64,000 nt of DNA, taken from contig NC_083294.1 in the NCBI RefSeq assembly GCF_963506605.1, positions 4,092,001 to 4,156,000 on the forward strand, in the 5' to 3' direction. Shown here piece by piece: positions 48,201 to 60,041 of the stretch (its first letter is position 1; the number at the start of each line of letters is the position of its first letter). The translations under genes were made by a program, and so were the position numbers. The stretch is from Zootoca vivipara (taxonomy: Eukaryota). The notes beneath the pieces are model-generated. The model ran no database searches. It had not been told where the DNA came from and saw only the letters and a list, made by a program, of their open reading frames with translations.

Positions 48201-50896
48201 TAATTTTGTTGTTCCCACAAGGGGACAATGACAATAAAGATATCTTAAAAGAAGGTCCTCTTCGCCGTCGCCATTGCCACTTGGTAGGCTCGACATTGAG
48301 CTCTAACCTGTGTCCGGTCTGATTCAGAATGAGTTTTTCGCCACCGGCGCTCTAGCCATCTCAACGACTGTTTCATCGCCCTCAGCTCTGGGGAAAACCA
48401 CGGGGCAGTCCGGGCTCCATGCAATTGGAGAGGGCGCTTCGGAGCCAGGCAGTCAATAGCCCTGGTTAACTCCGCATTCCAGTGGGCCACCAGGGAATCA
48501 GCTGAAAGGCCATCAACATGGGATAAAACATATCCTACCACTCTCTGGAAGCCAATTGGATCCATTAAGTAGCGTGGGCGGACCATCCGAATCGGTCCCA
48601 CCTCCCTGCAGAGGGGAAGGGTTGCGGAGAAGTCCAGTTGCAGTTGCACCAGAAAGTGATCTGACCATGGCACTTCTTTTGTTTCGCTTTTACTTAATGT
48701 CATATCACCAACATATAACGTGTGTGCTATATACCGTATTTTTTGCTCTTTAAGACACACCTAGTTTTTAGAGGAGGAAAACAAGAAAAAGTATTCTATT
48801 GAGCCTTCAGTGCCTCAGAAGGAAGGAAGGAAGGATTAAGGAGGAATGTAAGGAAGGAAGGAAGAATTGAGGAATGGAAGAAAAGAAGGGAGGGAGGGGT
48901 GAGAGAGAGGGGGGAAGAGAGGGAAGGATGGAGGGACAGGGATTGAAGAGAGAGAGAGAGAAGGAAGGAAGGAAAGAAAGAGAATTAAGGAGGAATGTAA
49001 GGAAGGAAGGAAGGGGTGGGTGAGAGAGAGGGGGGGAGGACGAATGGAAGGGGTGAGAGAGGGAGAGGGAGAGAAAGGAAGAGAGAGAGAAGGATGGAAG
49101 GAAGGATGGAAGCTGGCGGGAAGGGCAGAAGGGGCTCCCGTCGGTCCCTCCTCCTGGCTCCCTGCTCCTCTGCCAACGGCGGCTCCTCTGCCTGCTCTTG
49201 CAAGCAGGAAGGACTATTTCTCTTCTTATTCTGTTTCTTATTTTCTATTTTTTATTACTCTCTTTATTTTCTCTTTATTTTTTTCTTTTCTCTTCTTCTC
49301 TTTCTTATTTTCTGTTTCTCTTCTTACTCTCTCTCTTATTTTCTTCTCTTATTTTCTATTTTCTATTTCCATTTCTTCTTATTCTTTCTTATATTCTATT
49401 TCTCTTCTTATTCTATTTCTGTTTCTTCATTTTCTCTTTCTATTTCTTCGTCTTCAATTTCTTTTCTCTTTCTTTGATTTTTTCTTTTCTATTTCTATTT
49501 CTTCTTCCTCTCTTTTTAATATTTCTTTCTCATTCCAAATTTTTACCCAGTGAAGATCGTCATTCGGGGCGACCGCAACACAGGGAAGACCGCCCTGTGG
49601 CACCGCTTGCAGGGCAAGGCCTTCCTCGATGCCTACGTCCCCACCCCGGAAATCCAGGTTACCAGCATCCACTGGAACTACAAGAGTGAGTTCCCCTCTC
49701 TCAGAAGCCTAGCTCCTCAAGCTATTTTTCCCCCGTGTCTCGGGTTCGAATCCTGATCCCTGACCCCCTCTGGTTCCCCCCCTTTCCCTAGCCACCGATG
49801 ATGTCGTGAAAGTCGAGGTCTGGGACGTCGTTGACAAAGGTGAGCCCCCTTTGTCCTGGGTCTGGGGTCATCCATCCCAACCCGCCAGGGCTCTCTGCTC
49901 TGAGAAGCCGAGCTCCTCCTGCCATTTCATATTGCACTGCATGAGGCGGGACCTCCCCGCTCCGAGAAGCCTAGCTCCTCAAGCTTTTTTTTGGCGTCGC
50001 AGGCAAGTGCAAGAGGCGAGGCGACGGGCTCAAGTTGGAGAACGAGTCCCAGGAGGTAAGCTGGGTCTACTTTTCCCCATACCGAGAGCCTCTCCCCGCT
50101 CTGAGAAAGCTAGTCTGCCTCTCTTTCTCTCTCTCGAACCCAAGGCTGAAGCGGCGATGGCCCTCGATGCCGAGTTCCTGGACGTCTACAAAAACTGCAA
50201 CGGAGTGGTCCTGATGTTTGACATAACCAAGCAGTGGTGAGGTGACCCACCCCACCCTAGGGGGCGGGCGGTGTATGCCCTACCCGAAGGTGCTGACCCC
50301 ACCTCCTCACCCTTGCCCCCCCCCCCGCAGGACCTTCGACTACGTTCTCCGTGAGCTGCCCAAGGTGCCCAACCACGTCCCCGTCTGTGTGCTGGGCAAC
50401 CACCGAGACATGGGTGAGCACCGGGTCATCCTGCCCGACGATGTCCGGGACCTGATCCGCAAGGTCGACAGGTATGGGGGGCGCCGAGAAAGCTAGCTCC
50501 TCAAGCTGTTTTGTCTTGCATTGCAGGAGCTCCCCGCTCTGAGAAGCCTAGCTACTCAAGCTATTTTTTTTATTGCATTGCATTGCATCAGGCAGGACCT
50601 CCACACTTTGAGAAACCTAGCTCCTCAAGCTATTTTTTATTGCATTGCAGGAGGCGGGAGCTCCCCGCTCTGAGAAGCCTAGCTCCACAAGCTATTTTTA
50701 TTGCATTGCATCAGGCAGGAGCTCCCCACTCTGAGAAACCCAGCTCCTCAAGCCATTTGTAATGGGATTTCCTCTGAAGGCAGCCCTGTTTAGGGAAGCT
50801 TTTCGTGTTTGATGGACCATTGTATTTTAATATTGTGTTAGAAGCCGTCCAGAGAGGCTGTTGTAACCAAGCCAGATGGGTGGGGTATAGATAATA

Positions 50897-50945
<49 letters not shown>

Positions 50946-53900
50946 TCACTATCCCCTCCTCTCCTGGCACCCCACGCAGGCCGCCCGGCGCCTCCTACGT
51001 CCGCTACGCTGAGGCCTCCATGAAGAACAGCTTCGGCCTCAAGTACCTGCACAAGTTCTTCAACATCCCCTTCTTACAGCTGCAGGTAAACAGTGTGGGG
51101 TCAGTTTGGATGACCCATTATCATCTTTTCACCACCAATCTTTGGACGATTGCCCCACTTCTTGGGAGATGCTAGTGCCGGGGGGTGGGGAACGCCCCAA
51201 CCCATTGCCTCCGTCTCTCTTTTTCTCTTTTTTTCCACCCCCTCCCTCTCTCCCCCCCAAAAAGAGAGAGACACTTCTCCGGCAGCTGGAGACCAACCAG
51301 TTGGATATCGATGCCACCCTGGAGGAGCTGTCCGTGCAGCAGGAGACGGAGGACCAGAACTACGAGATGTACGTCCGGCCTGCCCCCTCCCTTGGGTCAC
51401 CCCCCCTCAGAGCCTCATGCAATGCAATATAAAGTAGCTTGAGGAGCTACCCTTCTCAGAGCGGGGAGCTCCTGTCTTGTGCAATGCAATAAAGAAAGGC
51501 CCCGAACTCCGCCCCTTTCTCTGTTTTTACTTAATTTTAATTAAATTTATATTCCTTTTTCTTTCTCAATAAAGATGTGTATGTTTATTTCAATCCTGCC
51601 ATCAAGTCTATGATCTTCCTTTCCTTCTACAAATATACTCTAGCTATTTTTTTATTGCATAGCATCAGGCAGTAGCTCCCTGCTCTGAGAAACCTACGGG
51701 AGCTCCTCAAACTATTTTTATTTCATTGCATGAGGCAGGAGCTGCCCACTCTGAGAAGTCTAGCTCCTCGAGCTATTTTTTTCATTGCATTGCAAGTTCT
51801 CTTCCAACATTTTCTTTCCTTCTTTCTCTGCACAGCTTCCTGGAAGCCATGGCAGCGCGCGTCCGGGGAACTTCTCCTCCGGCCCCTGACGGGCAGAGTC
51901 CCCCGCCGCCTGGTGACAACGCTTCGGGGGGCTCCACTCCAGGAACCCCACAGCCTGCCGAGCCCCCCCTCCCGCCCGAGGCCCCGCCCCCCACCCGCCG
52001 CAGCTTCATCTCGCGCATCTTTGGGGCCACGACAGAAGGCCCCCCTCCTCTCACGCCTGGTGAGCCTCTTTTCAGGGAGCTCCCTGCTCTGAGAAACCTA
52101 GCTCCTCAAGCTATTTACATATTACTCCCTGGTTCTGACCCCCGCATCCTCTCCCCCCCCCCCCGGCGCAGACCCCTCCGTCCCGCCGGCCCCGACAGTG
52201 GAGGACTTTGCCCCGGACGACAGCCTGGAGGGCAGCTTTCTGGAAGACCCTGGGCCGTCACGACACAAGGGGGCACCCTCGGCCGGACCCCCGGAAAGCA
52301 ACAGGTGAGGGTACCGCCCCTTCCAAAGGGGTGGAGGGGGGGCATCCAAACCTCAGGCTCCCCGCTCTGAGAAACCTAGCTCCTCAAACTATTTCTTATG
52401 GCACTGTATGAGGCAGGTGCTCCCTGCTCTCAGAAGCCTAGCTCCTCAAGCTATTTTTCTTTGCATCTTTTCCCCACACCCTTGACCCCTTCTGCTCCTT
52501 CCTGCAGCCGCCACGACGCTCCCAGGAGCCCGGGACTGGTATCCGGTACCGCACCCCCCGGCAAGGACGGGGCACTCTCGAGTGAGGAGGACGAGGAGGG
52601 CCGGCCGACGGCCTTCGCCATCCTGGGGGATGAAGACATCGCCCCAGAGCTAGAGGGGGAAAAGTGGTATGAATGAATGAATTAATAAAAATAAAAATAA
52701 TTTATTTTTTGTACCCTGCTGATCTGGCTGCGTTTCCCCTGCTACTATTAGAAGGATAATATATTATATTGTTTATTACTTTATTACTATAATTACTATA
52801 CTATACTATTATTAGGATAATATATCATATAAAAATATATATTTTATTATTGTATAATCAGGATATTGTATATTATATTATGAGGATGATCTATCATGCT
52901 ACTGTAATACTGGCCCCCCTTACCTCCCCAGCCCTCCCTCCCCATCTTTAAGGTCACCACCCCAACTGGAACCGACCCCAGACGCCCTTTCCGGCCTCCC
53001 CACGGCCCCCCGGCCCCCGGCCCAAGCGCCGCCCCCCGGGGCGAAGGGCGAGGAGTCAGAGAGCGACCCCGAGGGCCCAGTGGCTGCACAGATGCTCTCC
53101 TTTGTCCTGGACGACCCTGACTTTGAGAGTGACGCGTCGGCCGGCGTCGTCAAGGCGAGGGGTGTAAGTCAGGGGCAGGGGAATTTAAAAAATAGCTTGA
53201 GGAGCTAGGTTTCTCAGGGCGGGGAGCTCCTGCCCAACCCCTGGGGCCACCGCTTCCTGTCTCCTCCTTCCTCCAGGACAAGTTCCCTGACCTCTCGGAC
53301 CTCTCAGATGCCTCGGACCCCGGAGGGCACCCCCCGCCGCCCCCCACCCTCTCCTCCTTCCGGCCGAAGAAGGACGAGGCGGATCTCTTTGGGTTGGGCC
53401 TGGACAAGCCGAGGCGGAAAGAAAGCAGCGAAGAAGGTGAGCGGCACATAATGATGATGATGATAATACTAATAATAATAGTAATAGTAGTAGTAATATT
53501 CTGGGTGGCGCTGTGGGTTAAACCTCAGAGTCTAGGGCTTGCCGATCAGAAGGTCGGCGGTTCGAATCCCAGTGGGGTGAGCTCCCGTTGCTCGGTTCAA
53601 GTTCCTGCCCACCATGGCAGTTCAAAAGCACATCAAAGTGCAAGTAGATAAATAGGGACCGCTCCGGTGGGAAGGTAAACGGCATTTCCGTGCGCTGCTC
53701 TAGTTCGCCAGAAGCAGCTTAGTCATGCTGGCCACATGACCCGGAAGCTGTCTGTGGACAAATGTTGGCTCCCTCGGCCTAGAGATGAGCGCCGCAACCC
53801 CAGAGTCGGACACAACTGGACCTGATGGTCAGGGGCCCCTTTACCTTTAACATATATACACAAATAATATATAAAAATATAATAAAAATTATATTATTAA

Positions 53901-54786
53901 AACAATAAAAATAAAAATAGTATAATAAAATAAAAATAGTATTATATAAAAATATTTTGTATTTTTATTCAATGCTATGGTACACAAACATTACAGTTCC
54001 ACAGGGCTCTTCATCAGTTGATTTGACTATGCTACGGTGCCACAAGCTGGAGTCCCCCCAAATAGGGGGAGTCTTATACATGGGGGCATCAGAAAAATGT
54101 GGTTGTTTTAATTAAAAGAAAGAAAGAAATTAAATTATTAAAAAAATAAAAATTCTTACTGTGAATGGTGCTGACGTGAGAAGGGCCGGTATATAAACTG
54201 AGTAAATAAAATAAAATAAAAAGAGTATCAAATAAAAGTTAGGAAAAAAATGAAACAAAACGAATCTTCTTCTTTCTATAGATCAGGACAAGCCACCTTC
54301 CAAGGAGAAGAAGAAAAAGAAGAAGAAGCGGAGCGGCAAGGAGGTAGCGCCCCCCCCCTGCAATGCAATGCAATTAAAAAATAGCTTGAGGAGCTAGGCT
54401 CCTGCCTCCTGCAAAGCAATATGAAATACAGTGGTACCTCTACTTACAAATTTAATGAGTTATTCGTAAGTAGAGGTACCACTGTAGCTTGAGGAGCTAG
54501 CCTCAGAGTGGGGAACTGTAGTGCGAGTGTGAGGAACTACATTTCTCAGCCGGGCGCCTCCCCAAAAAACATTCTCTCTTTGTCTCTCTCCCGCCCCACC
54601 CCCAAGGACGAGAAGTCGGCGAGGAAGAAGAGCCGCCCCAAAAAGGGCAAGGAGGAAGAGGACGGCGCACGGCGGACGAAGGCCAAGGGCAAGGGCGACA
54701 ATGCCATCGACGAATTGGAGGCCTTCCTGGGGGGCGGCGGGGGGGCAGGCACGGCACGGGGGGGTGGGGACTATGAGGAACTTTAG
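44587..54786 (+). CDS. RABL6: Rab-like protein 6 (645 aa, 15 exons)
   Basis: [11 protein letters not shown] start, P-loop [13 protein letters not shown]-terminal GDYEEL. Exons 44587-44716, 49551-49685, 49792-49839, 50003-50055, 50145-50236, 50331-50471, 50980-51085, 51265-51368, 51836-52059, 52172-52304, 52508-52666, 52953-53163, 53277-53436, 54282-54343, 54607-54786. Total 1938 nt in frame; boundaries in the low-complexity C-terminal half are less certain. Confidence 0.93.
45566..45703. mobile_element. hAT-type palindromic MITE
   Basis: Long inverted repeats cagtgtttctcaaccagtgtgcctccagatgttttgggactacaactcccatcat; 8-bp target-site duplication gtttacgg / gtttaggg. Confidence 0.85.
47091..48246 (+). 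mobile_element. Rex1/Babar-like LINE 3' fragment
   Basis: [51 protein letters not shown]; 3' end caatgacaataaagatatct. Confidence 0.8.
47852..48179 (-). mobile_element. BovB 3' fragment inserted in the Rex1 3' UTR
   Basis: [13 protein letters not shown]...HGVTKSRT; target-site duplication tgagtggatgt at 47841-47851 and 48180-48190. Confidence 0.9.
53501..53848 (+). mobile_element. Sauria SINE, near full length
   Basis: gtggcgctgtgggttaaacc...ggttcgaatccc...ggtcaggggcccctttaccttt. Confidence 0.88.
54429..54484. mobile_element. 56-bp Tigger/pogo-type mini-MITE
   Basis: TA|cagtggtacctctacttac...gtaagtagaggtaccactg|TA. Confidence 0.75.
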
Positions 54787-55279
54787 CTCCGCCCCCTCCC
54801 AACAGGGGGCCCCTGGGAACTCCTTCCACCTAGAAGGCCTGCCCCCAACCTTTGACGGACGACTCAAGGAGCTGTAGCTCCACCCCCTCGACGGGAGGGT
54901 CCACCCCCCCTTTGACGGACGCTATTTTGTACAAGGGGACCCTCCGGAAAAACCAGACTTCCTGCAGCCCCCCCCCCCCCGGTCACTGATCCGGGGTCTG
55001 GAGACGCATGTTTGGCCCCCTCCCCTGGTTTGCCCCGCTTTTTTTGGCATTGCTGTGACCGCCCCCCCCCCAATGAATCTTCTGGCGCATTCCGTTGCCT
55101 TGTGCTGCTTTGGGGGGCGGAGCTGGGGAAAAGGAAGTCCTGCCCCCTCCCCGCCTGCCTTGAGGCCGCTCCAATTCCGGGCATGTGAAACTGACCGTCG
55201 ACTCAGGTATCTCTCCCCCACTTCCGGCCTGCTTGATCCTGCGAAAAAGGGGGCCATGGGGGAAGGGGCTGGCGGTTCC

Positions 55280-55995
55280 CCTCTTGACTTCTTCCTCTTC
55301 CCTTCTTCCTCCTCTTCTTTTCCTTCCCCCTTTCCTCCTTTTTGCCCAGCATTCTCTTCCTCTTCCCCCTCTCTGATCCCCATTTCTCTTTCCCTTCTGT
55401 CCTTTTTTTCTTCCTCTCCTCTGGTCCCTTCCTTCCTTCCTTCCTTCCTTCCTTCCTTCCTTCCTTCCTTCCTTCCTTCCTTCCCCTTCCCTTCCCCCTT
55501 CTTGCACTTCCGCTCCCTTTCCTCTTGCTTCTCCCTCCCCATTTTAAACATCCTTCTCCCCCTTTATCTCATCTGCTTCTTTCTCTTCCTTTCCATTCTT
55601 CCTCTTTTCTTCCCCTTTCTTCTCCCCTTCTCCCTCTTTCCTCTTCATCTCTTCTGCTATTTCCTCTTCCTCTTTTTCCTCCCTCAATTTCCCTCATTTC
55701 CTCTTTCTCCTCCCCTTCTTCCTCTTCATCTCATCTGCTATTTCTTCTTCCTTTTCCCTCTTTTCTCTCCCATTTCCTCTTTCTCCTCCCCTTCTTCATC
55801 TCATGTGCTATTTCTTCTTCCTTTCCCCCTTTCCTCTCCCAATTTCCCTCATTTCCTCTCCCTTTTCCTCTTCATCTCACCTGCTATTTCCTCTTCCTTT
55901 CCCCCCTTCTTTCCTCTCCAAATTTCCTTAATTTCCTCTTTCTCCTCCCCTCCTTCCTGTCCCTCCCCATTCCTCTTCCTGTTCCCCACTTTCTT
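55280..55995. repeat. Long polypyrimidine tract including (TTCC)n, downstream of RABL6
   Basis: About 700 bp, almost only C/T. Confidence 0.9.
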
Positions 55996-56992
55996 TTACG
56001 CCCCGCTCCTCTGCACCCATCAACTTATAAACATCCTGTTTGCACAAGGCCACCTGCCTCCGTGTCATCTTTGGTGCCTGTTTTGGGAAAGGGAACTGTA
56101 GCGTGCTGTGCGTGGTGCCTGGTTTCAGGACTGCGAAGACTTGGCCCCTTGCTTTGTGGCAAGGAAAGGACCTACCTTGGACAACGGCCACACCAGGCGC
56201 CTTCATAATTTCCGACAACGCAAGTCCTATGGCAACTGTAGTATGCTCAGGGTTGCCTTGGGAACTGGAGTATGCCCAGGGGCACCGATAACTAGGTGCC
56301 ACCATAGACCCGTAGGAAAGAGAGATTGGCTGTTAAGGGGAAGAGGTCGCCTCCTGGCTATACCTAGCAACCACAGTTCCCACGACCCATCTTGCCGTTT
56401 TAGGCAGTGCTCTGGGAACTTTAGTTTGCTCTGGGCGCCACTCATTCCTGGCAGCTAAAACTCCCAGAGTTCCGTGGGCGAGAAGGATGGACCGTTACAG
56501 TTTTCTAGGAACTGTAGCTCTAGGAGAAGGGGGCATTTTGGCGGTCGAAAACTACAGTTCCCAGAAACCACAAAGAATTCCCAGAGCCAAGATTTCCAAA
56601 GTAGAGAATTGTAGTTCTCTGAGGCGCCTCATGAAAAGTCTGGTACCTTGAGGGTACTACAGTTCCCAGTGCAGTTTTGGTCAAGGTGTGGCTGTTTAGA
56701 ATGGGGTGAATGCGCCTGGCTTTTGCCGCTGTCCCCCTGAGAATCCTGGGAACTGTAGTTTCTGGCAGATGCTGAGAAACTACCTGGAAGGGTTGTCGCG
56801 GGGGAGCTAAGTGGAGACGGGGATCCAGGTTCAAATCCTCTCCAGGTGATCAAAACGGCGTGTGGAATAACGGGAAATGTAGCATTTGTGCCTAGAACAG
56901 TTTTATTTCACTCCAGGTCCCAGGTGCGAATGTGACCCCAGACCGGATATTATTATAATATTATTAGGTGTGGGAAAATGAAACATTGGGGG

Positions 56993-57232
56993 TCAGTAGC
57001 CATCGTCTGCCCAGGTGACCTCATAGTCTGGAAAAGCGGCACTCAGTTTTTCGGTGGCCACTGAATGCTTTGCGCGCCCAAAGCCCTAAAAGAGAAGAGG
57101 AAAATTAGAGCAATACGAAACTAATATATAATAATAATAAATTTCTAATACATTTTAATGTATTTTTAATCTTTGTTGGAAGCTGCCCAGAGTGGCTGGG
57201 GAAACCCAGCTAGATGGGTGGGATACAAATAA

Positions 57233-57279
<47 letters not shown>

Positions 57280-57737
57280 GTATTGTTATGATGTATTATA
57301 ATGTAATTTAATTGTGCCATTAATACATAATAAATGAAAAATAACTATATAATTATAAAATACAAATGCTATAATAAAGAAGAAATAGGGATATAAAATT
57401 ATACAAAAATATCCAAATAGTAACACGACGAAGTTTTATCATATAGATCTTTTTAGATATATAATGTATTATAGAATGATATATATTCTTAGTATCATTT
57501 TTATCCTTAATGCGATAGTATTCTTTGAACCGCCCTGAGATATAATAATAAAGAGCAGTTTAATAATAATAATAATAATAACAACAACAACAATATATTA
57601 GGTATGTTTTGTTGTTTAGTCGTTTAGTCGTGTCCAACTCTTTGTGACCCCATTGACCAGAGTATGGGAACGGTTTAATAATAATAATAATAATAATTAA
57701 TAGGTATAGAGCAGTTTAATAACAACAACAATAAAGC

Positions 57738-57798
<61 letters not shown>

Positions 57799-59987
57799 TG
57801 TATTTCAGCCCGTTCAATAACGGGCGCTAGAAGATATGCGAGAGGAGCAGCGGGGCTGCGGCTTTCCCTCTCTCTCTAGAAAGAAAGAACAGTTTGGACA
57901 GGAGGGTTCAGTGACCGCAGTTAGACGATTACATTAGCAATGCCTGATCACTTAATTCAGAATACATGGATAGAATCATAGAGCTGGGAGGGACTCCCAA
58001 GGTCATCTAGTCCAACCCCCTGCAATGCAGGATTCTTTTTGGCCAACGTGGGGCTCGAATCCTTGACTCCCTGAGATTAATGAGTCTCATGCTTTAGTGA
58101 ACTGATGGTGCACAGGGGAAGAATACGAATACTTCAGATGGCACTGCCTAGAAAACACCAATTCTCACATTCTAGGAGAAGAGAGTCGGCGCCCTGCCCT
58201 CGCCCGGGAGTGCTGCTATCACCGATGCACCTGTGACTAAGCCCAAAAGCGCAGATATATCGTGTGGGACCCTCCCCCGGAAGACACAATATGAAATATT
58301 GGCCGGGGGGGATGAGGGAAAGAGGGGGGCCAGCTGCGTCCCCCTTCTTGACGGGGCAGCGTCACTCTCCACGATCGCGTGAAAGGCTGTGTGACGGAGG
58401 AAACGACACCCTTTCATCCTCCCCACCCACCCCGTGAAAGCCAAGAAAGAAAGAAAAAGTTTCAGGAAGATCCAGCCTTTTCCTGTCCCTATAAAGTTGT
58501 CTCATCATCTGCCCAATAAAAGACCTAAGTGCCATAACAGGATCAGGGGCCAACCTGGCAGGACACTGGGGGAAGAAGGCGAAAGGCTGTAGCAAGTAAA
58601 CAGGGCTGGTGAAGAAATCTCAGCCTTTTACCAGGGGACGCTGTGGCTTTAAACCACTCCAAGAAGGGTTTCCTCAAACGTCCCTTCCCTGCTCCGTTGC
58701 CTCGCTCACCCGTGCTCCGGTGTCTGATTAAATGAGAAGGAAGTGTGGGAGTGAAGCTCTCCCTTTAAGAGGCAGCCTGCAATGACAATTTCAACAATTC
58801 GTGGTTGCAGGCTGCCTTTTAAAGGGAGAGCTTCGCAGCCTCCACTCCCAAACTTCCTTCTCGTTTAATCAGACCCCAGAGTGCAGGGGGGGGGGAGAGG
58901 AAAATAGGATCGCTGAAAGGGGGGGGGAGGAAGAAAGAAGGACAGGGCGGGGGAGGTTCAAGGAGGTGAGAAAGCGAGCGAGGCAACGGAGAAGGGAGTG
59001 AAAATTACAATGGCAATTTCAACATTGCAGGATGGCATTCCACAGCTCTCACTCTTCCCCTCTTGTTCACATCGGCAGACTGAGGATGCCGGCGCTAGAA
59101 CATCCCGGGGTTGCCGGCTCTGTCGGGTGGGGGGAGGGAGAAGCAATCCTATAGGGACAGCGGGGTTTACTGCTGTGTAAGCGGACAGAGAATTGTGCTG
59201 CTGGCAAAAGACGTGCTTCTTCTCTCCCGCCCGCTCCTTCAAGGCGCCCCTTGGAAGGAACTTCCTCGCTTGCCAGTCCACCGCCTCCAACCCCACACAT
59301 TCGCCCCCCACCCGGCTCTGCTCTTTGCCCGTCACTTGGCCTTCCTCACACCGCATTGAAAACTGCCAGTTCCGGCTTCTATAACAAATAATTCCTTCCC
59401 CCACCCCCACCCCGCTTTGTGTGTGTGTCGGTTGAAAGTGCGCTGCGTATGGGAAGCGCGGCGGTCGGGGGTTTATTTGGATGGGGGGGGGGCTTCGGTT
59501 AGGTCGCCTTTGTCTCCAGTAGCCCCTGTGTTTGCGAGTGGGGCCGTTGGGCTCGGAGATGGGCACCGGGAGTGGTCTCTGCCTGTTTCCGCTCCTCCCC
59601 CGCTCAGCCTCTCTCTCTCGCTACAATAGTGCCAGCAGCGTGGCCTGCAGAGTGTAGCTGCTGCCGGGGCTGCTTCCCTCGGCCTGCTGCGCTGGCTGCT
59701 CTTCGGGCGGCAGAGGAGGTGGCAAGAGTAGCACCTCCACCTTGGGCCTGCCCCGCCGCCACCACCACCAAGAGGCTGCCCATTAAATTATGGAACCCGT
59801 TAAAAGATTGTTGGGAGCAGCAGTTGGCGGCCGCAGGGAAACGGTAGGTGGGGGGGGGGGGAGAGCGCGCATGCGTGTGTGTACGTCGTCTCTGCTGTCC
59901 AATCCCTGTGTCCCTGGGGCCCATGAACAGTACCCCAGGGACACACGGGACAACTGGACGCAGGGACAACTTGGACATTATTATATA

Positions 59988-60041
<54 letters not shown>

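Larger units (their letters stand above)
45215..48715 (-). mobile_element. L2-clade LINE, second copy (45215-47090 and 48247-48715), host to nested insertions
   Basis: Near-identical to the 26140-29400 copy, including YADDT then stop. Confidence 0.9.

Noticed and set aside
55055-56208. 348-aa and 288-aa F/L/P/S-rich ORFs, or AJM1
   Set aside because: Translations of a polypyrimidine tract; no AJM1-like sequence recognised
58040-58105. Functional tRNA-Lys gene
   Set aside because: Degenerate D and anticodon arms and fusion to a CR1-like tail indicate a SINE
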